Below, piece by piece: positions 20,448-29,027 of a stretch of DNA of 64,000 nt (the first letter of the stretch is position 1; each line of letters begins with the position of its first letter). The position numbers were made by a program, and so were the translations under genes. Origin of the DNA: Nitrososphaeria archaeon (GTDB lineage Archaea; Thermoproteota; Nitrososphaeria; Nitrososphaerales; JAAOZN01); assembly GCA_029775855.1 (NCBI GenBank), contig JARVJZ010000003.1, positions 128,001 to 192,000 on the forward strand, given 5' to 3'. Under the pieces are notes generated by a model that was not told the DNA's origin, searched no databases, and worked only from the letters and a program-made list of their open reading frames with translations.

Positions 20448-20985
20448 GACATTTATAGATCTTTTTTACCTTAATTACCGCTTTTTAATATTCATCTCAT
20501 ACTTATCTGTGCTATTTCAGACACACTTAGGCATCACTTACACTCCTATAGGTCTCTTTGCAGTAGGGCTCTGTGCTTTTGTTGCAAGTTCTTTATAAAA
20601 GGTCTAATTTTTATACGATTAAGTTAGGTTGCAGGTCGACAAATACATTACCTTTGATGTTGTTTATAATAAGATTTAGTTTAGCTCTGCAATGTTTATT
20701 TCTAGGTTTAATATTTACATACTTTATATTATTTACGTTATCAATTTATACTTAAAGATAGAAAGTAAAAGTAGCGGTATGTGAATTGAGGTAGTTAGAA
20801 GATGTATAATTTGATCCCGTTTGCTCCCAGATTACATGGATGGTTGTGTTTGAATAAAAGCTTAAGTTTCCTTATCACAATCTCCGCAAATCTGCTATTA
20901 TTTTTCATCAAATTATTGAAAGATACAGCAGTACAGGCTTCGGGCTTTGTCAAGATTCTTGTTAACCAGCTGAGAGTAAAGGTGA

Positions 20986-23370
20986 GTGAGCATGGTGAGT
21001 AGTGAAGAGCCTCGTATAGGGGTGTTTATCTGCCACTGTGGTGGCAACATATCTGATGTTGTAGATGTTGAGAAGGTTCGCGAAGCGGCTTCTAAGATGC
21101 CTGGTGTAGTAGTGGCTGAAACCAATAGATATATGTGCAGCAAGACTGGTTTAGACCTCATAAAAGATTCTATAAAAAAGTACGGTCTCAATAGGGTTGT
21201 TGAAGCCTCTTGCACACCTAGAATGCACCTTAACACCTTCAGAAGAGCTTTGGTCGATACTGGGTTGAATCCCTATTTACTTGACATGGTTAACATAAGA
21301 GAGCATTGTAGCTGGGTTCACACAGATAAAGATACTGCTACAGAGAAGGCCATAGCAATAGTCAGAGGCTCTGTGATGAGGGCTCATCATCTGGAGCCTC
21401 TTCAGCCAGAGTATCGGCCAGTTGAGCGTTCTGTTATGGTGGTTGGCGGTGGAGTGAGTGGCATCTTCGCATCCTTAGAGCTTGCGAACAAAGGCTACCA
21501 AGTCTACCTTGTTGATAGGAAGCCCAGTATAGGCGGGAGGATGATGCAGCTCAGCAAAACTTTCCCAACTCTAGACTGCTCAACTTGTATACTTGCTCCT
21601 AGGATGGTTGAAGTAGGGCAGCATCCGAATGTTAAGATAATAACGCTTGCTGAACCTGTGAAAGTAAGCGGCTCTCCAGGGAACTATGATGTAACTTTAA
21701 GGATCAAGCCAAGGTATGTTGATGTGTCTAACTGTGCGTCTTGTGGTGATTGCGCTAAAAAGTGTCCGATGAAGAGAGTGCCGAACGAGCATGAAGCGGG
21801 TTTAGCTTATAGGACGGCTATCTATCTACCATTCCCCCAAGCCATACCTCAAGCCTATGTTATAGATCCGGAGCACTGCCTATACTTCCAGAAGGGAACC
21901 TGCAAGGTCTGCGCCAAGGCTTGCACAAGGGGTGCGATAAACTTTGATGATAAAGAGCGGCTTGAAACCATACGCGTAGGCGCAATAGTATTGGCTACAG
22001 GCATAGACGTTATGGATCCCTCGCCGCTTAAAGAATACAGCTACGGTCAGCATCCTGATATAGTCACTAACTTACAGTTCGAAAGGCTGCTCTTACAAGG
22101 AATGCTAAGACCATCGGACAAGAATGTGCCGAAGAAGGTAGCTTTCATACTCTGCGTAGGGAGCAGAAGCCCAGAGCGAGCCCAAGCCTACTGCAGTAAA
22201 GTGTGCTGCATGATAGCTCTTAAACAAGCTTTCCTCCTAAAGGAGTTTCACGCAGAGTCTGAGCCGTGGGTCTTCTACACAGATATGAGGGCTGCGGGTA
22301 AATGGTATGAAGAATTCTATACTAGATGTAGAGAGCATGGTGTTAAGTTTGTTAGAGGTAGGGTGGCTGAAGTAAAACCTAATGGCAGCTCAATCACCCT
22401 AAGGGCTGAAGACACACTCTTAGGCGCACAAATCGAAGAAAACTTCGACCTAGTTGTGTTAAGCACCGCCCTACTACCAAGCATAGGAACAAAGGAGGTT
22501 GGTCAGCTCGTCGGGATGGATACTGGTCCAGACGGCTTCCTATTGGAAAAGCACTACAAGCTTGAGCCCGTAGATGGGGCTTGGACTGGCGTGTATGCTG
22601 CTGGCTGCGCCTTAGGACCTAAGGATGTTAGGGAGAGTGTTGTTGAAGCTATGAGCGCTGCGTCTAGAGCGTCAACCTTCTTAGGTGGAGGAAAGATAGA
22701 AGTAAGCCCTGAGAAGGCGTTCGTAATAGAAGATCTGTGCGATGGCTGCGGCGTGTGTCTACAGTATTGTCCAAAGAATGCTTTATCGATAAGCAATGGT
22801 AAGGCTACTATAAATCCAGTGAGCTGTATTGGTTGTGGTATATGTGTCCCAGTTTGCCCAAAGCAGGCTATAGATCTTAAGCATAATACAGAGAAGCAGC
22901 TTCTCGCATCTATCTACGGTGTCTCTCAAGGAAACCTCAAACCTCTTATTGTAGCGTTTACAGAGAAGGTTGTAGGTTATAGGGCTGCTGACATGTATGG
23001 GCTTGATAGAAGAAAATATCCTCCGAACATTGTGATAATTGAAGTCCCCACAACAAGGAGAGTTGGGTTAAAGCACGTGCTACATGCGTTTAATGCTGGT
23101 GCAGATGGCGTTGTGTTTGTAGAAGCTGAAGATAACTGGTATGGTCTAAGTAAAGAAGACGGCTTAAAGCAGTTCAGAGGACACGTAAGCCAGATACAGA
23201 GAGAGCTCAGAAAATTTGGTGTAGACGCAGCCAGAGTTATGGCTGTTGCAGTAACATTACCCCAATACTATAAGCTCGAAATATTCGATACTGTAGTAAA
23301 TAGGGTTAAAGGCGCCAAGCCGTTAACTGATGATGCAAAAGCAAAGATCAAGGGGGTGCTATCATCTTGA
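20986..23370 (+). CDS. hdrA: Heterodisulfide reductase subunit A fused to a C-terminal MvhD-like domain
   Basis: RIGVFICHCGGNI, ASCTP, NIREHCSWVH, GGGVSG, KTFPTLDC..C, CVGSR..YCSKVCC, two ferredoxin-like inserts; C-terminal AAD..G..R..YPPN...AFNAGADGV. Confidence 0.93.
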   Translation: MSMVSSEEPRIGVFICHCGGNISDVVDVEKVREAASKMPGVVVAETNRYMCSKTGLDLIKDSIKKYGLNRVVEASCTPRMHLNTFRRALVDTGLNPYLLDMVNIREHCSWVHTDKDTATEKAIAIVRGSVMRAHHLEPLQPEYRPVERSVMVVGGGVSGIFASLELANKGYQVYLVDRKPSIGGRMMQLSKTFPTLDCSTCILAPRMVEVGQHPNVKIITLAEPVKVSGSPGNYDVTLRIKPRYVDVSNCASCGDCAKKCPMKRVPNEHEAGLAYRTAIYLPFPQAIPQAYVIDPEHCLYFQKGTCKVCAKACTRGAINFDDKERLETIRVGAIVLATGIDVMDPSPLKEYSYGQHPDIVTNLQFERLLLQGMLRPSDKNVPKKVAFILCVGSRSPERAQAYCSKVCCMIALKQAFLLKEFHAESEPWVFYTDMRAAGKWYEEFYTRCREHGVKFVRGRVAEVKPNGSSITLRAEDTLLGAQIEENFDLVVLSTALLPSIGTKEVGQLVGMDTGPDGFLLEKHYKLEPVDGAWTGVYAAGCALGPKDVRESVVEAMSAASRASTFLGGGKIEVSPEKAFVIEDLCDGCGVCLQYCPKNALSISNGKATINPVSCIGCGICVPVCPKQAIDLKHNTEKQLLASIYGVSQGNLKPLIVAFTEKVVGYRAADMYGLDRRKYPPNIVIIEVPTTRRVGLKHVLHAFNAGADGVVFVEAEDNWYGLSKEDGLKQFRGHVSQIQRELRKFGVDAARVMAVAVTLPQYYKLEIFDTVVNRVKGAKPLTDDAKAKIKGVLSS

Positions 23371-23945
23371 ACACATGGTCTAGAAAGATAACACCAGATA
23401 TGATGGACCCTAACTTCGAGACCACACTCAGAAAGAAGCTCGGTGAGAAAGGTGAGAAGATACCGCTCTGCTTCCAATGCGGCGTGTGCAGCGGCTCCTG
23501 CCCAGTAGCTTTCGCAATGGACTTCACACCAAGGCAGATAATGGAGCTGATAAAACTTGGCGTTAAAGACCTTGTGTTGAACAGCTCAACAATATGGCTT
23601 TGCGCAGCTTGCTACAGCTGCTCTGTGCGCTGCCCACAAGGCGTGGACTTAAAGCAGGTGATGGATACCTTAAAGGAGATGGCGCTCGAGGATCCAAAGT
23701 ATAGCGTTGCTGAGAAAGCCTTCTACGAAAAGTTCATTGAAGTTGTAAGGAAGAATGGGAGAATGGATGAAGTAGCGCTCTACGTTAAACTAATGCCAAA
23801 ATCAACAATAATGAGAAACTTAGGATTCGGCCTTAAACTGTATCAGAAGGGAAAGATTCACCTCAGCCCAACAAAGTCAAACAGCGCAGACCAAGTCGCT
23901 AAGATATTTGAAAAGGTTCTGGCAAAGGAGGTGCAGCAGCAATGA
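23367..23945 (+). CDS. hdrC: Heterodisulfide reductase subunit C
   Basis: CFQCGVCSGSCP and CAACYSCSVRCP. Confidence 0.92.
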   Translation: MNTWSRKITPDMMDPNFETTLRKKLGEKGEKIPLCFQCGVCSGSCPVAFAMDFTPRQIMELIKLGVKDLVLNSSTIWLCAACYSCSVRCPQGVDLKQVMDTLKEMALEDPKYSVAEKAFYEKFIEVVRKNGRMDEVALYVKLMPKSTIMRNLGFGLKLYQKGKIHLSPTKSNSADQVAKIFEKVLAKEVQQQ

Positions 23946-24826
23946 AGTACGCCTATTACCCAGGCTGCTCAGCAGACACCTCAGGTAAAGAATACGATAA
24001 ATCATTTAGGCTTGTAGCTGAAGCTTTAGGCGTGAAGCTGGTTGATGTTCCAGAGTGGAACTGTTGTGGTTCACACGTAACTTATGTCTTTAACCCAACA
24101 TTGGCTGCAGCCCTCTCAGCTAGAAACTTGGGTTTAGTAGAGAAGATAGGTGAAGAGATCGTCGTCACTACTTGCAGCGGCTGCTACCAGACGCTTAAGA
24201 GGTCAAATCAACTCTTAAAGCATGATGGTGAAGCACAGAATAGGGTTAAGAATGCGCTTGAGGCTGTGAATCTGAGTTATAGTGGTAATGTTAAGGTTAG
24301 GCATGCTTTAGAAGTCCTAACTACTGATGAGTCTTTAGCAACCCTATCTCAGAAGGTTTCTAAACCGTTAAAGGGTTTGAAGGTGGCACCATACTATGGC
24401 TGCGCATTAGTTAGACCCAAGTTTGAGGATAGCTTCGATGACCCAGAGAATCCTCAGTCTCTAGATCGGCTGATCAAGGTTTTGGGTGCTGAACCCGTGC
24501 CCTATAGTGATAAGGTTAGGTGCTGCGGCGGCGTGTTGATTATGAAGCGCGAAGATGTTGGCTTAGAGATGATTCGCAGGCTTCTTGTAGACGCTAAGCA
24601 AGCTGGCGCAGACTGCATAGTTACACCTTGCGCTCTCTGTCATCTTAACCTTGACATTATGCAGCCTAAAGTGGAGCAGAGCTTTAAGTTAAAGATAAAT
24701 ATGCCCATCTTCTTCTTTACGCAGCTCATAGGTCTAGCCTTAAGCTTAAAACCTTCTCAACTCGGGCTTGATAATCACATGGTGCCTCCAGTAACTCTAC
24801 TACAGAGTAAGGGCATTTTGATTTGA
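23942..24826 (+). CDS. hdrB: Heterodisulfide reductase subunit B
   Basis: Two CCG domains: YYPGC..WNCCG..CSGC and YYGC..CCGG..CALC. Confidence 0.93.
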   Translation: MKYAYYPGCSADTSGKEYDKSFRLVAEALGVKLVDVPEWNCCGSHVTYVFNPTLAAALSARNLGLVEKIGEEIVVTTCSGCYQTLKRSNQLLKHDGEAQNRVKNALEAVNLSYSGNVKVRHALEVLTTDESLATLSQKVSKPLKGLKVAPYYGCALVRPKFEDSFDDPENPQSLDRLIKVLGAEPVPYSDKVRCCGGVLIMKREDVGLEMIRRLLVDAKQAGADCIVTPCALCHLNLDIMQPKVEQSFKLKINMPIFFFTQLIGLALSLKPSQLGLDNHMVPPVTLLQSKGILI

Positions 24827-24874
24827 TGGTAAATGTTAAATGCCAAATCCGTAGTTGATGGTGTGTGAGGGAAT

Positions 24875-25288
24875 ATGGTTAAAGTAGGTGAATACGAGGT
24901 TCGCGAAGGTCTGTACTATTCAAAAGACTTCTTTTGGGTCAAGGTTGAAGGCAACAAGGCTAGATGCGGGTTAACAGACTACGCCCAGAAGATGCTTAAA
25001 TCAATCGTCTACATAGATGCGCCTAAAGCTGGCACTGATGTGTCTCAAGGTGAAGTGTGTGGCTCAATCGAATCTATCAAGACTGTCTCAGACCTAATCA
25101 GCCCGCTCAACGGTAAAGTCGTTGATTATAATGTGGCCTTAGATAAGAACCCTGGGTTGATAAATTCAGACCCGTATGGGCAAGGATGGATATTCATAAT
25201 CGAATCGCCTTCTCTCCAATCAGATCTATCAAACCTAATGGATCTAAATAAAGCAGTTGAATGGCATAAGGAGCTTCTTAATAAGTAA
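24875..25288 (+). CDS. gcvH: Lipoyl-carrier protein (GcvH/LbpA family)
   Basis: GLTDYAQ, IESIKTVSDLISP (lipoyl-Lys), INSDPYGQGWI. Confidence 0.9.
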   Translation: MVKVGEYEVREGLYYSKDFFWVKVEGNKARCGLTDYAQKMLKSIVYIDAPKAGTDVSQGEVCGSIESIKTVSDLISPLNGKVVDYNVALDKNPGLINSDPYGQGWIFIIESPSLQSDLSNLMDLNKAVEWHKELLNK

Positions 25289-25303
25289 GCCCCTTTTTCT
25301 TAA

Positions 25304-25777
25304 TCAGCTTCGACAGAAGCGCCCCAGCTTTTTTACAGCTTCCTCAGCTTCTCTTGTTAATTCCTCTTTGAAGTCTATACATTTAGGTTGAATGCCAAGC
25401 AGCGCTATTTTCGCTGAGACGCTTTGACTTAAATATCTAGCCAAGGTATCTAAGCTGATTGAGTGTGTAGAAAGAGGGAGATCATCGATTTCATCCATAG
25501 AAATAAGCCTTGTGTAGCCTGGTTTCCTGTTGAGTTGAGCTGCATCTACAAAGAGTATATGTGTTGGCTTGAAACTTGATATTACATCCGTGTAGCTCTC
25601 AGGGGTTGTTTCGGCTTCTATTAGAAATATGTTATCTCCTACTCTTCCTTTGAGCGTGTCGATGAGTTCAAGTCCTATAGCGTCGTCTCCACGCAACCTA
25701 TTGCCTAAACCAACTATAACCAGTTTCTTCATTCCATAAAGCCAGTTGCTGAGATCTTTCTCTAACTTCAGAGCCAC
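25304..25777 (-). CDS. hycI: Hydrogenase maturation endopeptidase (HycI-like)
   Basis: VGLGNRLRGDDAIG, ETTPE, FVDAA, STHSISL, LGIQP. Confidence 0.85.
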   Translation of the reverse strand: MALKLEKDLSNWLYGMKKLVIVGLGNRLRGDDAIGLELIDTLKGRVGDNIFLIEAETTPESYTDVISSFKPTHILFVDAAQLNRKPGYTRLISMDEIDDLPLSTHSISLDTLARYLSQSVSAKIALLGIQPKCIDFKEELTREAEEAVKKLGRFCRS

Positions 25778-26014
25778 ATTAGTAAAATGCTCTATATGTG
25801 TCTTAAATGTCTATTGTTGAGTCCTCTTATGTTAGGGTAGCTACCTATTTGCTCAACAACAGGTTTGTATTGCAAAAGCTTTAAATGTAGTTCAGCATGT
25901 ATCTACTTTAACTGTAGATTGGTGATGAGCACTCTGACCATAAAGCCCTACAACCATAGTCTTGCTCGAATTTACTGTTGTAGTTGGTAGTGTAGAAACG
26001 CTGGGTGTTGCCAT

Positions 26015-26581
26015 TTGAGTTATTTGCCAACTGTGGGTAAGAAGTATGAAGAGTATGCTTATGTGCTTGATTTTCTGCGTAGAGGTCGTTCCTCAGTAAT
26101 AAAGGGTAGGGAAGGTCCGCTTGTGCAGGCTTTGGGTGAAGAGCGGCTTACTCTTCTGGAGATACTTGCTGTGGAAGGTGCTTCTTTTGAGGTAGGTGAG
26201 CGAATCTACATAGGGAAAGAAGGTAGGACGAAGGTGTTGAGCGTTTTAGGGCGCTTAAGCTATGATGATCTGACCTCAGACGCTAAAGCTGAGTTGCCTA
26301 GAGTTGTTGAGCAGCTCGTTTTAAATAATGAGAAGAGGTTTGTGGCTCTTTTTAATGAGCTTCAACCCGTAACTCCTAGATTGCACGCGCTTGAGCTTAT
26401 ACCCGGCATAGGTAAGACCTTTATGTTTCAGATACTTGAGCAGAGAAGCAAGAAACCTTTTGTCTCGTTTGAAGATGTTCAGAAGAGGGTTGGTTTAAGA
26501 GACCCAGCTAAGCTCATAGCGAAGCGGGTCATTGAGGAGCTTACTGGGAACTGTAGGATAAACTTGATTGTAAGGAAATGA
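26015..26581 (+). CDS. DUF655 family RNA-binding protein
   Basis: EEYAYVLDF, TLLE, RLHALELIPGIGK, PF.SFED. Confidence 0.9.
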   Translation: MSYLPTVGKKYEEYAYVLDFLRRGRSSVIKGREGPLVQALGEERLTLLEILAVEGASFEVGERIYIGKEGRTKVLSVLGRLSYDDLTSDAKAELPRVVEQLVLNNEKRFVALFNELQPVTPRLHALELIPGIGKTFMFQILEQRSKKPFVSFEDVQKRVGLRDPAKLIAKRVIEELTGNCRINLIVRK

Positions 26582-27336
26582 GAAGGCGGAGGCTCTTAGG
26601 GCAGCATACACTTGTGGATTCAAATGTAGTTGAAGCTATGGTTGAAGCTGCTGAACTAGAGGGTTGTGAGGTTGTGTATGAGATAGGAACTGGAAGCGGC
26701 GTGTTGACGCGAAGGCTTTGTAGCCTCGCTGGTAAAGTGGTATCTTGTGAGGTTGATGAAGCGTTATATCGTGTAGCGCTAAGTAAGTTAGATGCAAAGA
26801 ATCTAAAGCTGATTAGAGGAGATGGTTTTGACGCTGATGTTAAGTTTGATGTCTTTATCTCAAGCCTACCCTACTACTGCTCATCAAGGTTCGTAAAGTG
26901 GCTTATCGGTAAGAAGTTTAATAGGGCTGTGGTGCTCCTTCAGAAAGAATTTGTTCAGAAGCTGCTAGCTGAAGTTGGGGGAAAGTATTATAGGGCTATA
27001 TCAGTGTTAGCTCAATACGCCTTTAACATCACACCTATTAGAGATGTGCCTCCTGATGCCTTCACACCTAAACCAAAGGTTCAATCTACGCTCGTGTTGA
27101 TAACGCCGAAGCCGAATAGAAGCCTTAGCAAAGAGATTACACAAACCATATACAAACTATTTGCTTTGAGAAAGAAAAAGGTCTCGACAGCCTTCAAGAT
27201 GTTGGTAAAGAATTCTAAGATATGTGCTTTACCAATACATCCAACTCTTTTAGCTAAGCGTGTAGCATCTTTAACACCTGAAGAAGCCGTTGAGTTGGCT
27301 AAGCTGTTGGTCGACTGCTTTGACGGAAGCTTATAG
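26578..27336 (+). CDS. ksgA: 16S rRNA adenine dimethyltransferase
   Basis: GQH, EIGTGSG.LT, SSLPY, F.PKPKV.S. Confidence 0.9.
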   Translation: MRRRRLLGQHTLVDSNVVEAMVEAAELEGCEVVYEIGTGSGVLTRRLCSLAGKVVSCEVDEALYRVALSKLDAKNLKLIRGDGFDADVKFDVFISSLPYYCSSRFVKWLIGKKFNRAVVLLQKEFVQKLLAEVGGKYYRAISVLAQYAFNITPIRDVPPDAFTPKPKVQSTLVLITPKPNRSLSKEITQTIYKLFALRKKKVSTAFKMLVKNSKICALPIHPTLLAKRVASLTPEEAVELAKLLVDCFDGSL

Positions 27337-27862
27337 ACCTAGAGAAGATAGTCTACTTCTTGCAAATGTTGTAGAATCTATATCAGCCAATTTAGCCTTG
27401 GAGATAGGGTGTGGAGTTGGGTTTGTGTTAGAGTCGCTGGCTCAGCGCTGTGTCTTTGTGGTTGGTATTGATTTGGATAAAGATTCTTTGAGCCAAGCAA
27501 AGATTCGCTTGAAAGAAAAGGGGTTGACTAACTTTGAAGTGATCTGCGGTTCATCAGCAGAACCATTTATAGGTGAAGTCTTTGACTTGATTGTGTTTAA
27601 TCCACCCTACTTACCCTCGTTAACTATCGAAGATAGGGCTGTGGATGGAGGATATAGAGGTGTAGAGGTATCATTAGAGTGGCTTAAAGAATGTAAAAGA
27701 GTTGTTAAGGCTGGTGGTAAAGTGCTCCTTATCTCCTCAAGCCTAGCCTCACAGAACGACTTGATTCAAGGTGCACAAGCCTTAGGTTTCAAGATGAAAC
27801 TCCTCGCCTCGAAGCATCTCTTCTACGAAGATCTTTATGCTTATGAGTTCACCTTCGGCTAA
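27320..27862 (+). CDS. HemK2/MtQ2-family protein glutamine methyltransferase
   Basis: YRPREDS.LL, LEIGCGVG, FNPPYL, DGG..G. Start taken at TTG 27320. Confidence 0.85.
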   Translation: MTEAYRPREDSLLLANVVESISANLALEIGCGVGFVLESLAQRCVFVVGIDLDKDSLSQAKIRLKEKGLTNFEVICGSSAEPFIGEVFDLIVFNPPYLPSLTIEDRAVDGGYRGVEVSLEWLKECKRVVKAGGKVLLISSSLASQNDLIQGAQALGFKMKLLASKHLFYEDLYAYEFTFG

Positions 27863-28956
27863 GATGTGTGAAGCTCAACGACATCCCCATCCTTTAACTT
27901 GAAGTTTCTACCCACCTTCACGCCCTCTGGTAAACCTCTACGCCAAACCCTAGCGTAGCTGAAGAACTTCAGAAAATCCTTATGTATCTCAGCAGCCAAA
28001 TCTAAGACTGTAGCTCCTTCATTAAGAAGAATCGGCTTATCCGCTGGCTGAGAATTTGGCGCCTTCGTATAGACCCTAATCTTGCTCAACTTGGCTAGGA
28101 TCTGGTTTACAAGTTCATCTTGCTTGAGTGTTGTGAGAGGTATGATGTTGCTTAACCCAATTCTATCAAGCATATCTGTAGCCTCTGGCGTTAGTGGTAT
28201 GAACTGTAGGTTTCTAGCCTCTCTGCCGAAGACCGCTGCCTCAAGGTCGTCTAAAGTGGCTGTCTTTGAGACCTCCACTATAGCGTTTCTAATCGTGTAT
28301 GATCTTAGAAAGTTAACAACTTCTCTTTCACTCAGATGGTTTGAGCTGCCTACTACTCTTATGCCGCCTGAGGGGGTATGTTTTATTTCTACATCTAGGT
28401 TAGGTTTTTTAACCTCAATATTATGTTCTTCAAACCACTTTATTAGAGCGTTAAGATATTCTTCACCTTCATATCTTATTGGTGTTAGGATGATGTCGCT
28501 GTTTCTGGCTATGCCAAGGAACCGCTCTAGCTTCTCATCCCCTATCTGCCTATCAAACGGCGTTAAAATCAATTGTATAGTTAAGCCCAAGCCTTTAAGC
28601 GCACCAACTATAGGTGAAGCCAGCGCCTCATGCGCTGCGACATCTTTTGAGGCCATTGTGTTAAAGAATATAAGCGATGTCTCTACGCTGCTCATTACCG
28701 CTGCTTGAAGTGCCCCCTCCTTCTTAACGACCCACTCGCTTCTTACTGATGCTTTGCGGCGAAGCTTCGCTCTCTCAATCTCTTCTTCGAGGGATGCTAT
28801 CTGCCTCTTTATCGACATCTCAAGTTTTTCTGTCCCCTTATGCTTAGGGAAGCTTGAGTAGAACTCTTTGAGCAGCCGTAGTTTCTGCACTGGATCTTTA
28901 GCGGCTATGGCTTCAGCCCACTTTGCTTTTGCTTGCTCAGGTAGGTTGGTCGGCAT
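27859..28956 (-). CDS. DRG/OBG-family TGS-domain protein with degenerate GTPase motifs
   Basis: MPTNLP..PKHKGTEKL N-terminus, IRVYTK..TVLDLA.EIHKDF..ARVW..DGDVVELH TGS domain; no GxxxxGKS. Confidence 0.8.
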   Translation of the reverse strand: MPTNLPEQAKAKWAEAIAAKDPVQKLRLLKEFYSSFPKHKGTEKLEMSIKRQIASLEEEIERAKLRRKASVRSEWVVKKEGALQAAVMSSVETSLIFFNTMASKDVAAHEALASPIVGALKGLGLTIQLILTPFDRQIGDEKLERFLGIARNSDIILTPIRYEGEEYLNALIKWFEEHNIEVKKPNLDVEIKHTPSGGIRVVGSSNHLSEREVVNFLRSYTIRNAIVEVSKTATLDDLEAAVFGREARNLQFIPLTPEATDMLDRIGLSNIIPLTTLKQDELVNQILAKLSKIRVYTKAPNSQPADKPILLNEGATVLDLAAEIHKDFLKFFSYARVWRRGLPEGVKVGRNFKLKDGDVVELHTS

Positions 28957-29027
28957 CTACCATCTTACGCACCATAAAAGTAGATAGTAAGGTTAGATAA
29001 GATCTTTGAGGGAAGGTTCCATCGGGC

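Noticed and set aside
20573-21002. 60-aa and 66-aa plus-strand ORFs upstream of hdrA
   Set aside because: They look like low-complexity translations of AT-rich DNA with no motif
20986-24826. Possible selenocysteine recoding in hdr genes
   Set aside because: No in-frame TGA occurs; the relevant positions are Cys
25815-25859. TTGTTGAGT...GCTCAACAA inverted repeat upstream of hycI
   Set aside because: A single imperfect hairpin with no recognisable motif or second copy; too weak to call
25921-25995. Resemblance of GGTGATGAGCACTCTGACCATAAAGCC to the 5' end of a fluoride (crcB) riboswitch
   Set aside because: P1 pairing is imperfect, the conserved 3' GCUGAUGAC-like pseudoknot strand is absent, and the downstream genes are not fluoride-related
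28082-28708. Long antisense ORFs (208 aa here; also 17997-18512, 40684-41184, 45119-45628 and others)
   Set aside because: They are shadows of well-supported genes on the opposite strand, with Ser/Thr/Ile-rich non-protein-like composition
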